Shown: positions 8,667-19,470 of the stretch, one piece after another
How the letters are laid out: every line of letters starts with the position of its first letter
Position numbering within the stretch: position 1 is the first letter of the stretch
Source of the DNA: Candidatus Omnitrophota bacterium
GTDB taxonomy: Bacteria > Omnitrophota > Gorgyraeia > Gygaellales > UBA12090
Assembly (NCBI GenBank): GCA_030674475.1
Contig: JAUSCZ010000017.1
Coordinates: 110,755-174,754, forward strand
Direction of reading: 5' to 3'
Length of the DNA: 64,000 nucleotides
Translations under genes and position numbers: made by a program
Notes under the pieces: generated by a model
What the model saw: the letters and a program-made list of their open reading frames with translations, nothing else
Database searches by the model: none
Told to the model about the DNA's origin: nothing

Positions 8667-10799
8667 TCAGCCTTTCTTAACATTTTTGGCGACAATAAGA
8701 AACTGCCGCGCAAATGGTTTTATTGGCAATCTTAAGTATACCTTAACTAACATGGCGGCTTTAGGTAAATGCGACTTAAGAGTTGCCGGAATAAACTTAG
8801 GAAAACGATGCTCTATCTCAAACCCATTTTGCCGCAAGAAATCCGCCAAGGATATATCGGTAAAAATCTGCCTGTGTGTAGGATCTTCAAAATATTTATC
8901 ACGATAATATCTAAAATTGGGCTGAATGACAATTAGCTTCCCTCCACTTTTTAAAATACGCTTTACTTCGCCAATAACCTTATAAAAATCTTCTTCATTA
9001 AGATGTTCAAAAAAATTGCTGGCAAAAACCACATCAAGATAATCCGAGGGTAAATTAATCCTTTCGGTTGCCGACTGTTTAAATATAGTTATACCTTCTT
9101 TAGCAAGCTTGTCCATATCGTCAAATATATCAAGAGCATATTTTTCTTTAGCCCCTATAGTATTGATAAAATCGCAATAGCCGGCGCCCATATCTAAAAT
9201 TTTTGAATCATGAGGTATAAATCGATTAAGGTAACGCGCTATCACGCTCCATACCACTGCCCTATTCTTATCAAACTTAAGCCTGGTTTCAAAATAACCC
9301 TTTTGCGCTTCTTCTGTTTTATTTTTTAAGTATGAAAAGAAGACATTTTTAAGCATTACTTCTATCGGAAATATGGTAAGGTGCTTCTTAAACCTCAATC
9401 TGGCCAGGGGCCTGTACATCTTTATGAATATTCTTAGTATTTTATATGCTGTTGCACCGGAGACCAGATGAATGTCGAGCTTCTGATCTATAAAAAAGCT
9501 GGTAACATAAAGCGTATTTAACAGGCGCACCATTCTGCTGTTCAGCCAAGGCAAAGAATTAGCGCTATTATCAGGCCCAAAATCACCCCAATCTCTAAGT
9601 GTTCGCGGAGGCCTGTATCCATATTTAGCCGCCATATCAAATAACTCGGAACCGGGATACGGAGTAAACTGATTAAAAAGTGTCATATGGCAAAATGGGT
9701 TATCCTTTAGTAAGCGAAATATTAAGTCCGTGGATTTAAAAACATCCTCCTCAGTTTCCGTGGGTAAACCGGAGAAGAAATTATACGTGGGACGCAGACT
9801 TTTAAAATTACTTAGTTTCTTATTTACGGCTATCGTCTGATCAACGCCTATACCCTTACGCATTAAATCAAGCATGCGCTGCGAACCAGACTCTGCCCCT
9901 ATATGCAGATTCCGCGTCCCTATTCTTTCTAAAAGAGACAGAGTTTCATTATCCATCCTGTATAAATCATCTATACGCACACCCCTGAAATCAAATTTTA
10001 CCTGCCACTTTTTCTTATAAATCTCGTAGAGTATCTTTTTGGCGCGGCCTAAATCTATAAAAAAATCATCATCTAATATGCATATATAGCCGGGGGAAAA
10101 TTTATCAATAACCAATTCCAGGGATTTCATTGATTTATCTACCCCCGCTTTTCTCCATCTGCGCCCTGAGAGAGTCGGCGCGTAACAGAACGCGCAGTTA
10201 TGCGGACAGCCTCTACTGGTTAAAACCGAGATCACTCTTTCATCGTATCCTTCTCGATAATAGTTTGAAATATCTATTAATTCATAAGGCAAATCCGGCA
10301 AAGACTCTAGATCCACAACATCAGCGCATTCGTTATGGAAAATCTCTCCTTGATGTTTATAGCTGAGGCCTTTGATATTTCTTAGAGGTCTCTTATTAAC
10401 TATCGCATCCGTCAATTCACAAAAGGTCAATTCCCCTTCACCTTTGACTACAATATCCACTAAATCATCTCCCAGGGTTTGCTGAGGCATAATAGTCGGG
10501 TGTATACCGCCCCAGACAACCGGAGCAGAAGAATACAATTTTACTATTTTGGATACCTCAAGGGCATATTTTATCGGAGTTCCCGTCATAGCAGAAATAC
10601 CTACGCACACAGGCTCCTTCCTTAATTCATTGATTAATTTTTCCTTCCAGTTTAATTCTACTCTTTGATCAATAATCTTAACCTCATATCCTTTTTTATA
10701 AACAATTGAAGCAACATACAGTAAGCTTAAGGGCAGGTCTTTTATTATCGCGTCATATACGCCGGATTTTGGATACACCAAAACAACTCTATGTGCCAT
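8667..10799 (-). CDS. Cobalamin-binding radical SAM enzyme fused to C-terminal class I methyltransferase
   Basis: B12-binding N-terminus (VWGGIHPT, GEGE), CPHNCAFC motif, GAESG, then ILDMGAGYC...FFEHL...LKSGG. Confidence 0.85.
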   Translation of the reverse strand: MAHRVVLVYPKSGVYDAIIKDLPLSLLYVASIVYKKGYEVKIIDQRVELNWKEKLINELRKEPVCVGISAMTGTPIKYALEVSKIVKLYSSAPVVWGGIHPTIMPQQTLGDDLVDIVVKGEGELTFCELTDAIVNKRPLRNIKGLSYKHQGEIFHNECADVVDLESLPDLPYELIDISNYYREGYDERVISVLTSRGCPHNCAFCYAPTLSGRRWRKAGVDKSMKSLELVIDKFSPGYICILDDDFFIDLGRAKKILYEIYKKKWQVKFDFRGVRIDDLYRMDNETLSLLERIGTRNLHIGAESGSQRMLDLMRKGIGVDQTIAVNKKLSNFKSLRPTYNFFSGLPTETEEDVFKSTDLIFRLLKDNPFCHMTLFNQFTPYPGSELFDMAAKYGYRPPRTLRDWGDFGPDNSANSLPWLNSRMVRLLNTLYVTSFFIDQKLDIHLVSGATAYKILRIFIKMYRPLARLRFKKHLTIFPIEVMLKNVFFSYLKNKTEEAQKGYFETRLKFDKNRAVVWSVIARYLNRFIPHDSKILDMGAGYCDFINTIGAKEKYALDIFDDMDKLAKEGITIFKQSATERINLPSDYLDVVFASNFFEHLNEEDFYKVIGEVKRILKSGGKLIVIQPNFRYYRDKYFEDPTHRQIFTDISLADFLRQNGFEIEHRFPKFIPATLKSHLPKAAMLVKVYLRLPIKPFARQFLIVAKNVKKG

Positions 10800-10811
10800 T
10801 CTAAGATATCC

Positions 10812-12623
10812 TCATATGTTTGGTTCTAACGCGGGAGCAACTATTTCATATACATCTATTTGCCCTGTTGCCTGAATACACATTACTCCTTTCCGCGAAC
10901 ATTCCTGGGGCGGAAAACTTTTGACGAATTTAAGGCCTTGGTTTTGGGGAATCCTTTCCATATCCTCTCTATCTTCCACCAAGTCTGTTTTCAAATAATC
11001 ATCTTTATGCACCAGCACATACTTTACCCCCATCCATTTCAAGGTTTTGACTGTATCATATTCTGATAATTTCCTGATAGTCTGGGCCACCTTATTGGCA
11101 TAAGTTCCGGGGATTGTGCCGTTAATGATTTTCTTTTCATGCACCGTTTGGAAGAATTTAAACAGCTCGTTTGGAGAATCCGCATCCAAGGGATACTCAG
11201 CAATCACCTCAACCTGCGGTTGTTCCTTCAACCAATAGTATACCGCCGGCACTTTGGATAAATCAATCACTTTATAGGGCGGCCAATTCCAGAATTCAAA
11301 TAAAACCAATCCGCAGAACAAGGCAGTTAGCGCGAGCTTGGTTTTTTGCGACTTGAATCTTTCTAAGATAAAATTCAACCCAAAGCCTGCCAACACCGCC
11401 ACCGCCAACATTACCACAATCCCAAAACGGCAGTACGCCCGAAACATCGGCAGAATTTTATACAAAAAGAATGACGGCATATACAGCTTAAAGCCAAAGA
11501 TATTCCACCACGGCGGCTGGGAAAAAAACCAGGCCATAACTGCCAGAAACACAAAAAAGCCGATATAAAAACCTTTTTTGTCCGTGATTTGCGGTTCGCG
11601 GCTGGTGGTTAGTTTTTTTCTATTTCTACTCCATCTTCTAAACGCCACAAACGCCAGCACAAGCGGCACCCAGCCCAAATAAAGCGCGTGTTCAGTTAAG
11701 CTCATTCCATATATATCCGTACCTACAAAACCTTTGGCCAGGCCTCCTAAAAACGGATGCTCCGGAGAAGGAAGCAAATAACTTAGAGGCCTCGCGGATT
11801 GGCTGAACAAATCCTCAAAAGGCCGGCGCAAGCTCCACACCGAAACAGCTTTAGCCTGAGGAGCCAGAACTCGAGTCTTTATAAACGGCCAAAGTATTAT
11901 AGCCATTACTGATCCTGTCAAGGCCATGCTTAAGATGATACGCAAAGTCAACTTTTTACTATTCTTTTTATCCGCGATAAGACAATACATCCAGAAAAAA
12001 ACAGTAACCAAAAGCATAAAATACAGATAATAATAATCAAAAGAAGCCACCAGAAATAACGCTAAAGACAAAAATATCGTAGTCCGCAAATTCACATCTT
12101 TTTTCATCTTCAATAAGGCATAGACATACAAAGGAATCCACTGGATATGGGTTAAACCGATATGCTGCCAAGCCCGGGCAAAATGATACGGCGAGAAAGC
12201 GTATATTATGCCGGAAAAAACAGCTACTCTGAAATTCCCAGAGATAAACCGCATTAACCCATACATACACAATCCGGACAAAATGAAGGATAGTATAACT
12301 TCACTATTATAGGCAAAACACTGATTTGTAGTTATTGCCATTACTCTTTTAAAACCCGACCACAACGGATAAAGCTGATCAAGGACAGCGTAATCCTGGC
12401 CAAAAGGATAGGAGATATACCGGCAATCGCCATGATTAATATTATTTGTATGCGCGTATTTTAACCACCAAAAATACCATACAGACGGCTCATCAGTGCT
12501 CGCAAACCCGGCAATGGATTTATTTACAGTAAAAAATAAAGGATACGTCATTGCGAATGTCAACACTACAAACAATATCGTAATCGCAATCAATCCTAAA
12601 GCCTTATAATTTCTTATTTTCAT
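10812..12623 (-). CDS. Multi-pass GT-C type membrane protein (YfhO-like)
   Basis: TYPL, YPFG, FSPYHF, YLG motifs, ~11 TM helices, C-terminal VYYWLK..IAEYP..INGT periplasmic domain. Confidence 0.7.
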   Translation of the reverse strand: MKIRNYKALGLIAITILFVVLTFAMTYPLFFTVNKSIAGFASTDEPSVWYFWWLKYAHTNNINHGDCRYISYPFGQDYAVLDQLYPLWSGFKRVMAITTNQCFAYNSEVILSFILSGLCMYGLMRFISGNFRVAVFSGIIYAFSPYHFARAWQHIGLTHIQWIPLYVYALLKMKKDVNLRTTIFLSLALFLVASFDYYYLYFMLLVTVFFWMYCLIADKKNSKKLTLRIILSMALTGSVMAIILWPFIKTRVLAPQAKAVSVWSLRRPFEDLFSQSARPLSYLLPSPEHPFLGGLAKGFVGTDIYGMSLTEHALYLGWVPLVLAFVAFRRWSRNRKKLTTSREPQITDKKGFYIGFFVFLAVMAWFFSQPPWWNIFGFKLYMPSFFLYKILPMFRAYCRFGIVVMLAVAVLAGFGLNFILERFKSQKTKLALTALFCGLVLFEFWNWPPYKVIDLSKVPAVYYWLKEQPQVEVIAEYPLDADSPNELFKFFQTVHEKKIINGTIPGTYANKVAQTIRKLSEYDTVKTLKWMGVKYVLVHKDDYLKTDLVEDREDMERIPQNQGLKFVKSFPPQECSRKGVMCIQATGQIDVYEIVAPALEPNI

Positions 12624-12624
12624 A

Positions 12625-13996
12625 TTATGTTTTTCGCGCTTGTTTTAAGACATAATACCTTAGGTAATAAATAAACAGGTTGAATTTCAGCCTTGCAATT
12701 ATAAATTTAATTTCCTGATAAATATTACGACGATCAAAATAATTCTTAATCTTAAGTAGAAAATTAGTATCAATTTTGCTGGTATTAATTGTTCGTTCAT
12801 AGATAGACCCTACGCCCTCCAAATTGTCATCATAGGTAAAAAGTCTTTATTTATGCAATAATTAAATAATTCTGTCCCGGGATAAGGACGATAAATAGTG
12901 CAAAGCGTTATATAAGGATTAAGACGTTTAACTAATTTTACAGTAGCCATTAAATCATTCTCAGTTTCCGTGGGCAATCCAATCATAAGCAAGGCGCTCA
13001 CTTTAAGCTTAAGCCTACGACAGAGATTAAACACATTGATTATTTGCTCAACAGTTTGGCCCTTATTAAGAAAGTTAAGCACTCTATCTGAGCCGCTCTC
13101 TATTCCAAATTCAACAAGCCGAAGGCCGCATTTAATCTCTGTCTTTATCACATCCTCTTTTACTAAGTTAATCCTTGAAAAATGCGACCACTTAAATTTC
13201 AGGTTATTCTTTTGTAATAAATCGCACAATTTTAGGACACGCTCTCTATTAATATCAAACTCATCGTCATCCACCTGAAAGCCATCAATATGATAGTGCT
13301 CTTTCAAATATTTCAAATTCTCAATTATTTTCTCCGCGCGTATCCCTCTCCAGTTGCCAAGGTGAACTTTAGGCACACAGCAAAAAGAACATTTATACGG
13401 GCATCCTCGGGATGTGTTTATCGTGATTACCCTGCTCGCGTAGAACTTCCTTCTTATATATTTTTCTACTTTAATTAAGTGCCACGCTGGCTGGGGAAGT
13501 TTCTCTAAATCAAAAAAAGATCTTTTAGTATATTTCAACTGCCCGTTATCTTTATATCCAATATTGTTTAAGTCTTCCAAGCGCTTTCTTTTGCTAATAG
13601 CGTAATCCAACAGCCCCGAAAACGCACTCTCTCCATCTCCGATAATAACAAAATCAACAAAGCCGTTTTTTAAAATAGAATCCGGATACAAAGTTGTATG
13701 GATGCCGCCCCATACAATTTTTATCGATAAATCAAATTCCGCACCTCCTTAGAAACAAAAATAGCATCATCTATTGAGGTGCCGGTAAGACAGCCCAATC
13801 CTACCACTCTCGGTTTTAATTTTAGAAAGACCACATCAATATTCTCAGTATCTACATTTCTGTCATAGACTGATATACGATAGCCGCGCTCTATGGCATA
13901 AGATGCAATATAAAGCAGTCCGTGAGGAATAAAAGCCGGTATTGTTTGAGCGCTTATGGGATTAATCAAAAGAGCGTCTACAGGAGCAAGCTTCAT
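12625..13996 (-). pseudogene. Cobalamin-binding radical SAM enzyme split by two -1 frameshifts (possibly assembly errors)
   Basis: Three ORF pieces join by adding one base near 13740 (CGG GAA) and one near 12846 (AAA AGA); CPYKCSFC motif. Confidence 0.8.
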
Positions 13997-14003
13997 GAGG
14001 CAT

Positions 14004-15464
14004 TTATCTTTCTGATATTTTTAATATCCTGCAGGCATATTCATACATCCGCCATTCTATTGGGAAAATATATAAATCCAAGACCCACCTGATTCTTGCT
14101 GACAAGGTAAATACAAAAAAAGCAATCCAGTACATAGGATTCTTAAAAGGGATGGTGTATTTCAAGCTAAGGCGCTGATTAAAGGAAAAATGAGTAAATA
14201 AAGTAGCTGTCCTGATAACACTCCGGGCTCTCCCCTTTATCCAGGGAAGATTAGCTACCGTATTGTATTGATACTCTGCCCAATCCTCTAATCTGGCTGG
14301 GGGATTAAGCCCGTTTTTTAATGCTTGAGGATACAGCGGGGTGCCGGGATAAGGAGTATAAATACTCAATCCTGAATAAAAGTTTTTGTTTTTCGCGGAA
14401 AGTTTTTTGATGATGGCGAATGTCTTAATTACATCAGCATATTGTTCCCCCGGTAGACCTAACATATAATTCGCGTAAAGCATAAAATCATATTTTCCCA
14501 GAGTTGAAATTACCATTTCCATCTGCTCAGGAGAAATCATTTTATTTATCATTTTTAGTATTTCCGTAGAACCCGACTCACCTCCAAAATTAGGATTAAC
14601 AAAGCCTGACCTTTTGAGCAAATCCCAGAAATCATCGTTTAAGCGCACTGCTGAATCAAAACGCATACTGCCGCTCCACTTAATACCCAATTTCTCATCT
14701 ATTATCCTTTGGGCAATTTCTTTAGCGCGAGGTATACTGGCAAAAAGGTAATCATCGTTTGCCATAAGTATATCCGGCTTGAAAAACTGTAATATATTCT
14801 TAATCTCTAGAATAACCCTATCCACGGACATTGCCCGCCATCTTCTTCTGTGCACGGCTTTTGTATAGCAAAATCCACAATTAAAAGGGCATCCCCGGCT
14901 TGTCCCAATGCTTACAAATGACGGCTTTCTATTAAGCTCAGAATACTTCTGTAAATCTTTTAACAAATAATATGGGACGGTGGGCATTTCATTTAAATCA
15001 ATAAAATCCCTTTCGCTCGTATTGATAATTTCACCATTATTTTTAAAGGTGATGCCTGCGATATCCGCGGGGTTTTTCCCTGAGTCAAGAGCCAAGAGCA
15101 GTTGGCAGAGTGTTTCCTCTCCTTCTCCTCTTACCACATAATCTACAAATTCATTTTGCGCGGTTTCTGCCGCGGTGATAGACGCATGCACGCCTCCCCA
15201 GATAAAAGGTGATGTAACGCCCTGTTTTCTCAGAAAACCCGCGCATTCAAGCGCGCTCCTTATCTGAGGCCCGGTAAACTGCAAGGAAAAACCAAAATAA
15301 TCATACTGTTTAAAATTTATACTTTCTTTATTTTCAACTTGAAGATCGCACACGTCAGCAATAATACCTTTTTTTCGCAAATATCCAGCCACACATAAAA
15401 CAGGATAAGGCATTCTGGCAAACAAACCGCAGGGATGCGGATAAATAAGTAAAATCTTAGGCAT
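14004..15464 (-). CDS. Cobalamin-binding radical SAM enzyme
   Basis: IWGGVHAS, GEGE, TSRGCPFNCGFC, GGESG, YTPYPGT. Confidence 0.88.
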   Translation of the reverse strand: MPKILLIYPHPCGLFARMPYPVLCVAGYLRKKGIIADVCDLQVENKESINFKQYDYFGFSLQFTGPQIRSALECAGFLRKQGVTSPFIWGGVHASITAAETAQNEFVDYVVRGEGEETLCQLLLALDSGKNPADIAGITFKNNGEIINTSERDFIDLNEMPTVPYYLLKDLQKYSELNRKPSFVSIGTSRGCPFNCGFCYTKAVHRRRWRAMSVDRVILEIKNILQFFKPDILMANDDYLFASIPRAKEIAQRIIDEKLGIKWSGSMRFDSAVRLNDDFWDLLKRSGFVNPNFGGESGSTEILKMINKMISPEQMEMVISTLGKYDFMLYANYMLGLPGEQYADVIKTFAIIKKLSAKNKNFYSGLSIYTPYPGTPLYPQALKNGLNPPARLEDWAEYQYNTVANLPWIKGRARSVIRTATLFTHFSFNQRLSLKYTIPFKNPMYWIAFFVFTLSARIRWVLDLYIFPIEWRMYEYACRILKISER

Positions 15465-16455
15465 TTTTACTTCCTTTATACCATTTAATGGTGCGGGCGG
15501 TTCCCGCGGCTAAGCCATATTCCTGCGCATAGCCTAACTCCTTAAAAATCCTTGAACCGTCGAAAATTCGTTCGGTGGCAATCGCTATAATACTTTCCTT
15601 GTTTATAAATTCTTTTCTTAAGAAAATTTTAGTTAAGAAGTTTACGATTGAGACACAAAAGAGTATTAACCAAACAGGAATATATATTTTAACCGGCTTC
15701 TGTTTCATGTCTTGGGAAGTAGCGTTTACTAACTCGTTAACCGCGTAAGGCCTGTCATCAGTAGTTATGTATGTTTTATCCGCTGAATCCTTATTCTCAG
15801 CTACGAAAATCGCCTGACTGACTACATTGCCCACATAGGTCAAACTCTGTCTATTCCTACCGGAGCCTACAATAGGCACAAGCCCTCTTTCAATAAAATA
15901 GATAATTTTTGTTAATGCCCCTAATCCTCGCTCGCCAAATACCCCGGGCGGCTGTAGTATGGTAGCATCGATGCCCATCACACTAGCATTACTTCTGATA
16001 ATTTTCTCGGCTTCAAATTTTGCCTTGCCATAAGGATCTACCGGAGACTCCACGGAGACTTCATTATAAACCGATACGCCTTTCCTGTACCCAATCGCAG
16101 CTACACTGCTTAGATACACAAGACGCTTTATCTTGTTAATCCTGCAGGCCTCTAAAAGATTATGAGTTCCCTGAGAATGAAGCGCGTACAATTCCTTTTC
16201 ATATTCCTGCAGACTCTTACCGATAGGCTTAACATTCACCAGGCAAAAAACCATATCTACCCCGGAAAGAGCAGCTTTAAGCGAATCTAAATCCAGAAGA
16301 TCCCCAAACCGTAATTCAACTCCCAAAGATTTGAGAAATTTTGTATCAGAATTATTTCTGAATAAAACAAACACTTTATACCCTTTAGCTATGAGCCGCT
16401 CAACTAAATGGCTGCCAATAAACCCACTTCCCCCTACAACCAAAACATTATTCAT
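15457..16455 (-). CDS. NAD-dependent epimerase/dehydratase (extended SDR)
   Basis: GGSGFIG Rossmann motif, YGKAK (YxxxK). Confidence 0.88.
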   Translation of the reverse strand: MNNVLVVGGSGFIGSHLVERLIAKGYKVFVLFRNNSDTKFLKSLGVELRFGDLLDLDSLKAALSGVDMVFCLVNVKPIGKSLQEYEKELYALHSQGTHNLLEACRINKIKRLVYLSSVAAIGYRKGVSVYNEVSVESPVDPYGKAKFEAEKIIRSNASVMGIDATILQPPGVFGERGLGALTKIIYFIERGLVPIVGSGRNRQSLTYVGNVVSQAIFVAENKDSADKTYITTDDRPYAVNELVNATSQDMKQKPVKIYIPVWLILFCVSIVNFLTKIFLRKEFINKESIIAIATERIFDGSRIFKELGYAQEYGLAAGTARTIKWYKGSKNA

Positions 16456-17908
16456 TCACAACCCTATCGCGCGACCGCAACGATAGCCTATTAAACAGCG
16501 ATTTTATCGTATAGCACAAGGCTTTTGGTTTCATTTGTCGTTTTAAATAATAAATTATAAGCCCAAAATTGAACTCCTTCAAACAAAGAATAGCCTCCTT
16601 GATGGCAAATTTGGCGTAAAAGCTTCTTTGCAGTTTAAGCAGATATTCCGTAGAAACAAAACTCATATTACAGGCTCCGTCTTTCATATGGCTGAAACGG
16701 TAAAACTCACCTTGAGCCTCTAAAGTAGCAGGGACAAAAAAATTCTTATTTTTGGCGCAATAATCATACAGGGGAGTCCCGGGATAAGGCCTATAGATAG
16801 TGCTGATCAGGATATGCGCGGGCAGCCCCTCTACCAAATCTATGGTTTCTTTAAGCTCTTCCTTAGTTTCTGAAGGATACCCTATCATAAACAAAGCCGC
16901 CGACTTTATCCCCACCCGTTTACAGACCTGAAAGGCCTCTTTAATCTGGGCGACATCCTGTCTTTTATTTATCAGCTGGAGTATCCGATCGGAACCGGAC
17001 TCCACGCCATACTCAACATATTTACAGTTGGCGGCCTTTTCCAGCCTTAACATAGCCTCATCACAGTAAATTATATTGGAGAAATGGCTCCAGTTAACCT
17101 TCGCTTCAGAACTAATCATCAGATTACAGAATTCCTTCACCCGGTTTTTATCCGTGTCAAAGCTATCCTCATAGAACTGAATCCCATTAATCCCATAGTT
17201 GTCCTTTAAGCGCATCAGTTGTTTAAATATATTCCCGGCATTCAGAGAACGCCACCTTTGATAAGGCAGCCCCTGATTAAAGCAAAATGCGCATTTGAAA
17301 GGACAACCCCGGGAAGTATTCATTGTAAGAACCCGGCTGGCAAAAAATCGGTTAGCAATATATTTAGGCATATCCACCAAATCCCAGGCCGGCATAGGGG
17401 ATAAATTTAAATCAATAAGACTGTCCTCTACCGGATTAATAAAGATATTTCCCTTATCTTTATATCCTAGATTCCGGACAGAGGGATCCTCCCTGCTCTT
17501 GAGTAAGGCATCCATTAACCTAAAAAGCGCGTTTTCCCCTTCTGCCTGGATAATAAAATCAACTGAATCCTCCCCTAAAACATACTTAGGAAAAAGAGTA
17601 GGATGCAGGCCTCCCCAAATTATCTTTATATCCTTAAACCTGCTTTTGGCCGCGCGGGAGATTTTCAGGGCTTCATTGATGACCGGCCCGGTTAATACTG
17701 ATAAACCAAGGGCTAAAGGCCGATTACGCGCAACCACCTCCAAAGGGTCAGTGGGATCGGTATTAGCGTCAAAGATATCCACCTTAATTCCTTTCCCTCT
17801 CAAGTAACCAGCCAAATATAACACCCCGTAAGGCAGATAAGCCGGGCTGCCGTCACGGATCCAGGAAAAAGGATTAATCAATAAGATATCCGGTTTCTCA
17901 CTCATCAT
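16448..17908 (-). CDS. Cobalamin-binding radical SAM enzyme
   Basis: IWGGLHPT, TSRGCPFKCAFC, GVESG, YRPYPGT. Confidence 0.88.
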   Translation of the reverse strand: MMSEKPDILLINPFSWIRDGSPAYLPYGVLYLAGYLRGKGIKVDIFDANTDPTDPLEVVARNRPLALGLSVLTGPVINEALKISRAAKSRFKDIKIIWGGLHPTLFPKYVLGEDSVDFIIQAEGENALFRLMDALLKSREDPSVRNLGYKDKGNIFINPVEDSLIDLNLSPMPAWDLVDMPKYIANRFFASRVLTMNTSRGCPFKCAFCFNQGLPYQRWRSLNAGNIFKQLMRLKDNYGINGIQFYEDSFDTDKNRVKEFCNLMISSEAKVNWSHFSNIIYCDEAMLRLEKAANCKYVEYGVESGSDRILQLINKRQDVAQIKEAFQVCKRVGIKSAALFMIGYPSETKEELKETIDLVEGLPAHILISTIYRPYPGTPLYDYCAKNKNFFVPATLEAQGEFYRFSHMKDGACNMSFVSTEYLLKLQRSFYAKFAIKEAILCLKEFNFGLIIYYLKRQMKPKALCYTIKSLFNRLSLRSRDRVVNE

Positions 17909-17916
17909 AATAGCGG

Positions 17917-19470
17917 TTATTTATTCACCGAGGAAGCAAAGGAAAAACTCTTCAATACCTGCGCCACATCCTTAAGCCCTATCTCCCGGGCTTTAAGCAA
18001 ACCAAAACCTATGAAAGCGATATTTATGATATTCGCCATTTTGGCAAAATAGAGCAAATATTCCGGATTATTCCGCAAAAATCTGCTCTTGGATAAACCC
18101 TTAATCAGCCAAGAGGGAATAAACGGTTTAGAGGTCAAGGAAAAAAGGCAATTCCAGAACAGGTTATTTTTATAGCCGTAAATCATTTTCTTGTCCTTTA
18201 ACAAGACATGATTAAGCCTGAGGGCCTCATCCGTTTCCCCTTCTACGTGCTCTTTGCGGATAATCCCGTCCTTAAGCGCCATATTGGTTAAGTCGGTTTT
18301 GGGAAAATAAACCAGTGAATGCATATTCAGCTCAAAAGGCTTGGGTATCTGAAGATAAAAGTTAAGGGTTTCGCGCAGGTCGGTTTCGGTTTCGTAAGGA
18401 TTATTGACAATGATATCAAAGGTCAGCCTTATCCCCGCCCGATGAAAGATACTGGCCAGCTCCATGGTTTTCTCGTTAGAGTGATTTCTTTTATAAAGGT
18501 CTTTTCGTATCCGCTCTGATCCGGACTGCAGACCGGCCCGGCCGTGGGTAAGCCCGGCATCTTTTAACATTCTCACCGCGTCCTCAGTGACCATATTGGG
18601 ATAAAAAAGGGCGGCAAAAGGAAGATGGATTTTCTCTTTATACTTAGCGCAGAATTCCGCGGTCCACTGTTTATTAAAGGCAAACACCTCATCGGCAAAG
18701 ACAATTTTCTTAAGATTCTTAAAATATCTCTTTAAATTAATTATATCGCCGATCACATTATCCACGCTCTTTAGCCGGACGAACTTTTTGTCATTCATTA
18801 TGGCCTTTAAGATATTATTGGTGCAATAAGTACATTTATAGGGGCAGCCACGGGAGGAGAAAACCTCGCCTACAGAATTACCGGCCAAAGGATCTCCGGA
18901 TAAAACCAGATCATTTTCTATATACCATTTATTCCGGCCAGAATAATCTATCGCCGGCAGATTATCTATATCAATAAGCTCATTCATCCGGTTCTTATAA
19001 ATATGGCCGCCGGATTTTACCCATAGGCCGGGGACATCTTTAACCCGGCTTAAATCCTCTGAGAAGCCCCGCAATAAATCCAAAAAAGGATCCTCCCCCT
19101 CTCCCAGGCAAACCATATCCGCCAATTCTATGCATTCCTCCGGAGAAAGTATCGCGTGCGTTCCCCCTATTATAATTTTTACGTCTTTAAGCTCTCTACG
19201 CAGGCGGCGGATGATTTCTACCCCGGTCTTTAAAGATGAAGAACGGATGCTCACCCCCAGAAGCCGCGTATTCAATTCCTTAATCAAGCGGATTAAAAGC
19301 TCAAGTTCATGAGCGGTGTAAGGAAAATTCGCCGGGAAGAGATTCTTAAAGAAAATCTGATTTACCTTACAGCCCAGGCGATCCGCGGCCATACTATCCA
19401 ATGTCCTTATGCCTATGGCATCCGGGTCATACAAAGCTAACAACGTAGTTACAGGAAAACTATCCGTCAT
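17917..19470 (-). CDS. Cobalamin-binding radical SAM enzyme
   Basis: IIGGTHA, GEGE, SSRGCPYKCTYC, GLQSG. Confidence 0.88.
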   Translation of the reverse strand: MTDSFPVTTLLALYDPDAIGIRTLDSMAADRLGCKVNQIFFKNLFPANFPYTAHELELLIRLIKELNTRLLGVSIRSSSLKTGVEIIRRLRRELKDVKIIIGGTHAILSPEECIELADMVCLGEGEDPFLDLLRGFSEDLSRVKDVPGLWVKSGGHIYKNRMNELIDIDNLPAIDYSGRNKWYIENDLVLSGDPLAGNSVGEVFSSRGCPYKCTYCTNNILKAIMNDKKFVRLKSVDNVIGDIINLKRYFKNLKKIVFADEVFAFNKQWTAEFCAKYKEKIHLPFAALFYPNMVTEDAVRMLKDAGLTHGRAGLQSGSERIRKDLYKRNHSNEKTMELASIFHRAGIRLTFDIIVNNPYETETDLRETLNFYLQIPKPFELNMHSLVYFPKTDLTNMALKDGIIRKEHVEGETDEALRLNHVLLKDKKMIYGYKNNLFWNCLFSLTSKPFIPSWLIKGLSKSRFLRNNPEYLLYFAKMANIINIAFIGFGLLKAREIGLKDVAQVLKSFSFASSVNK

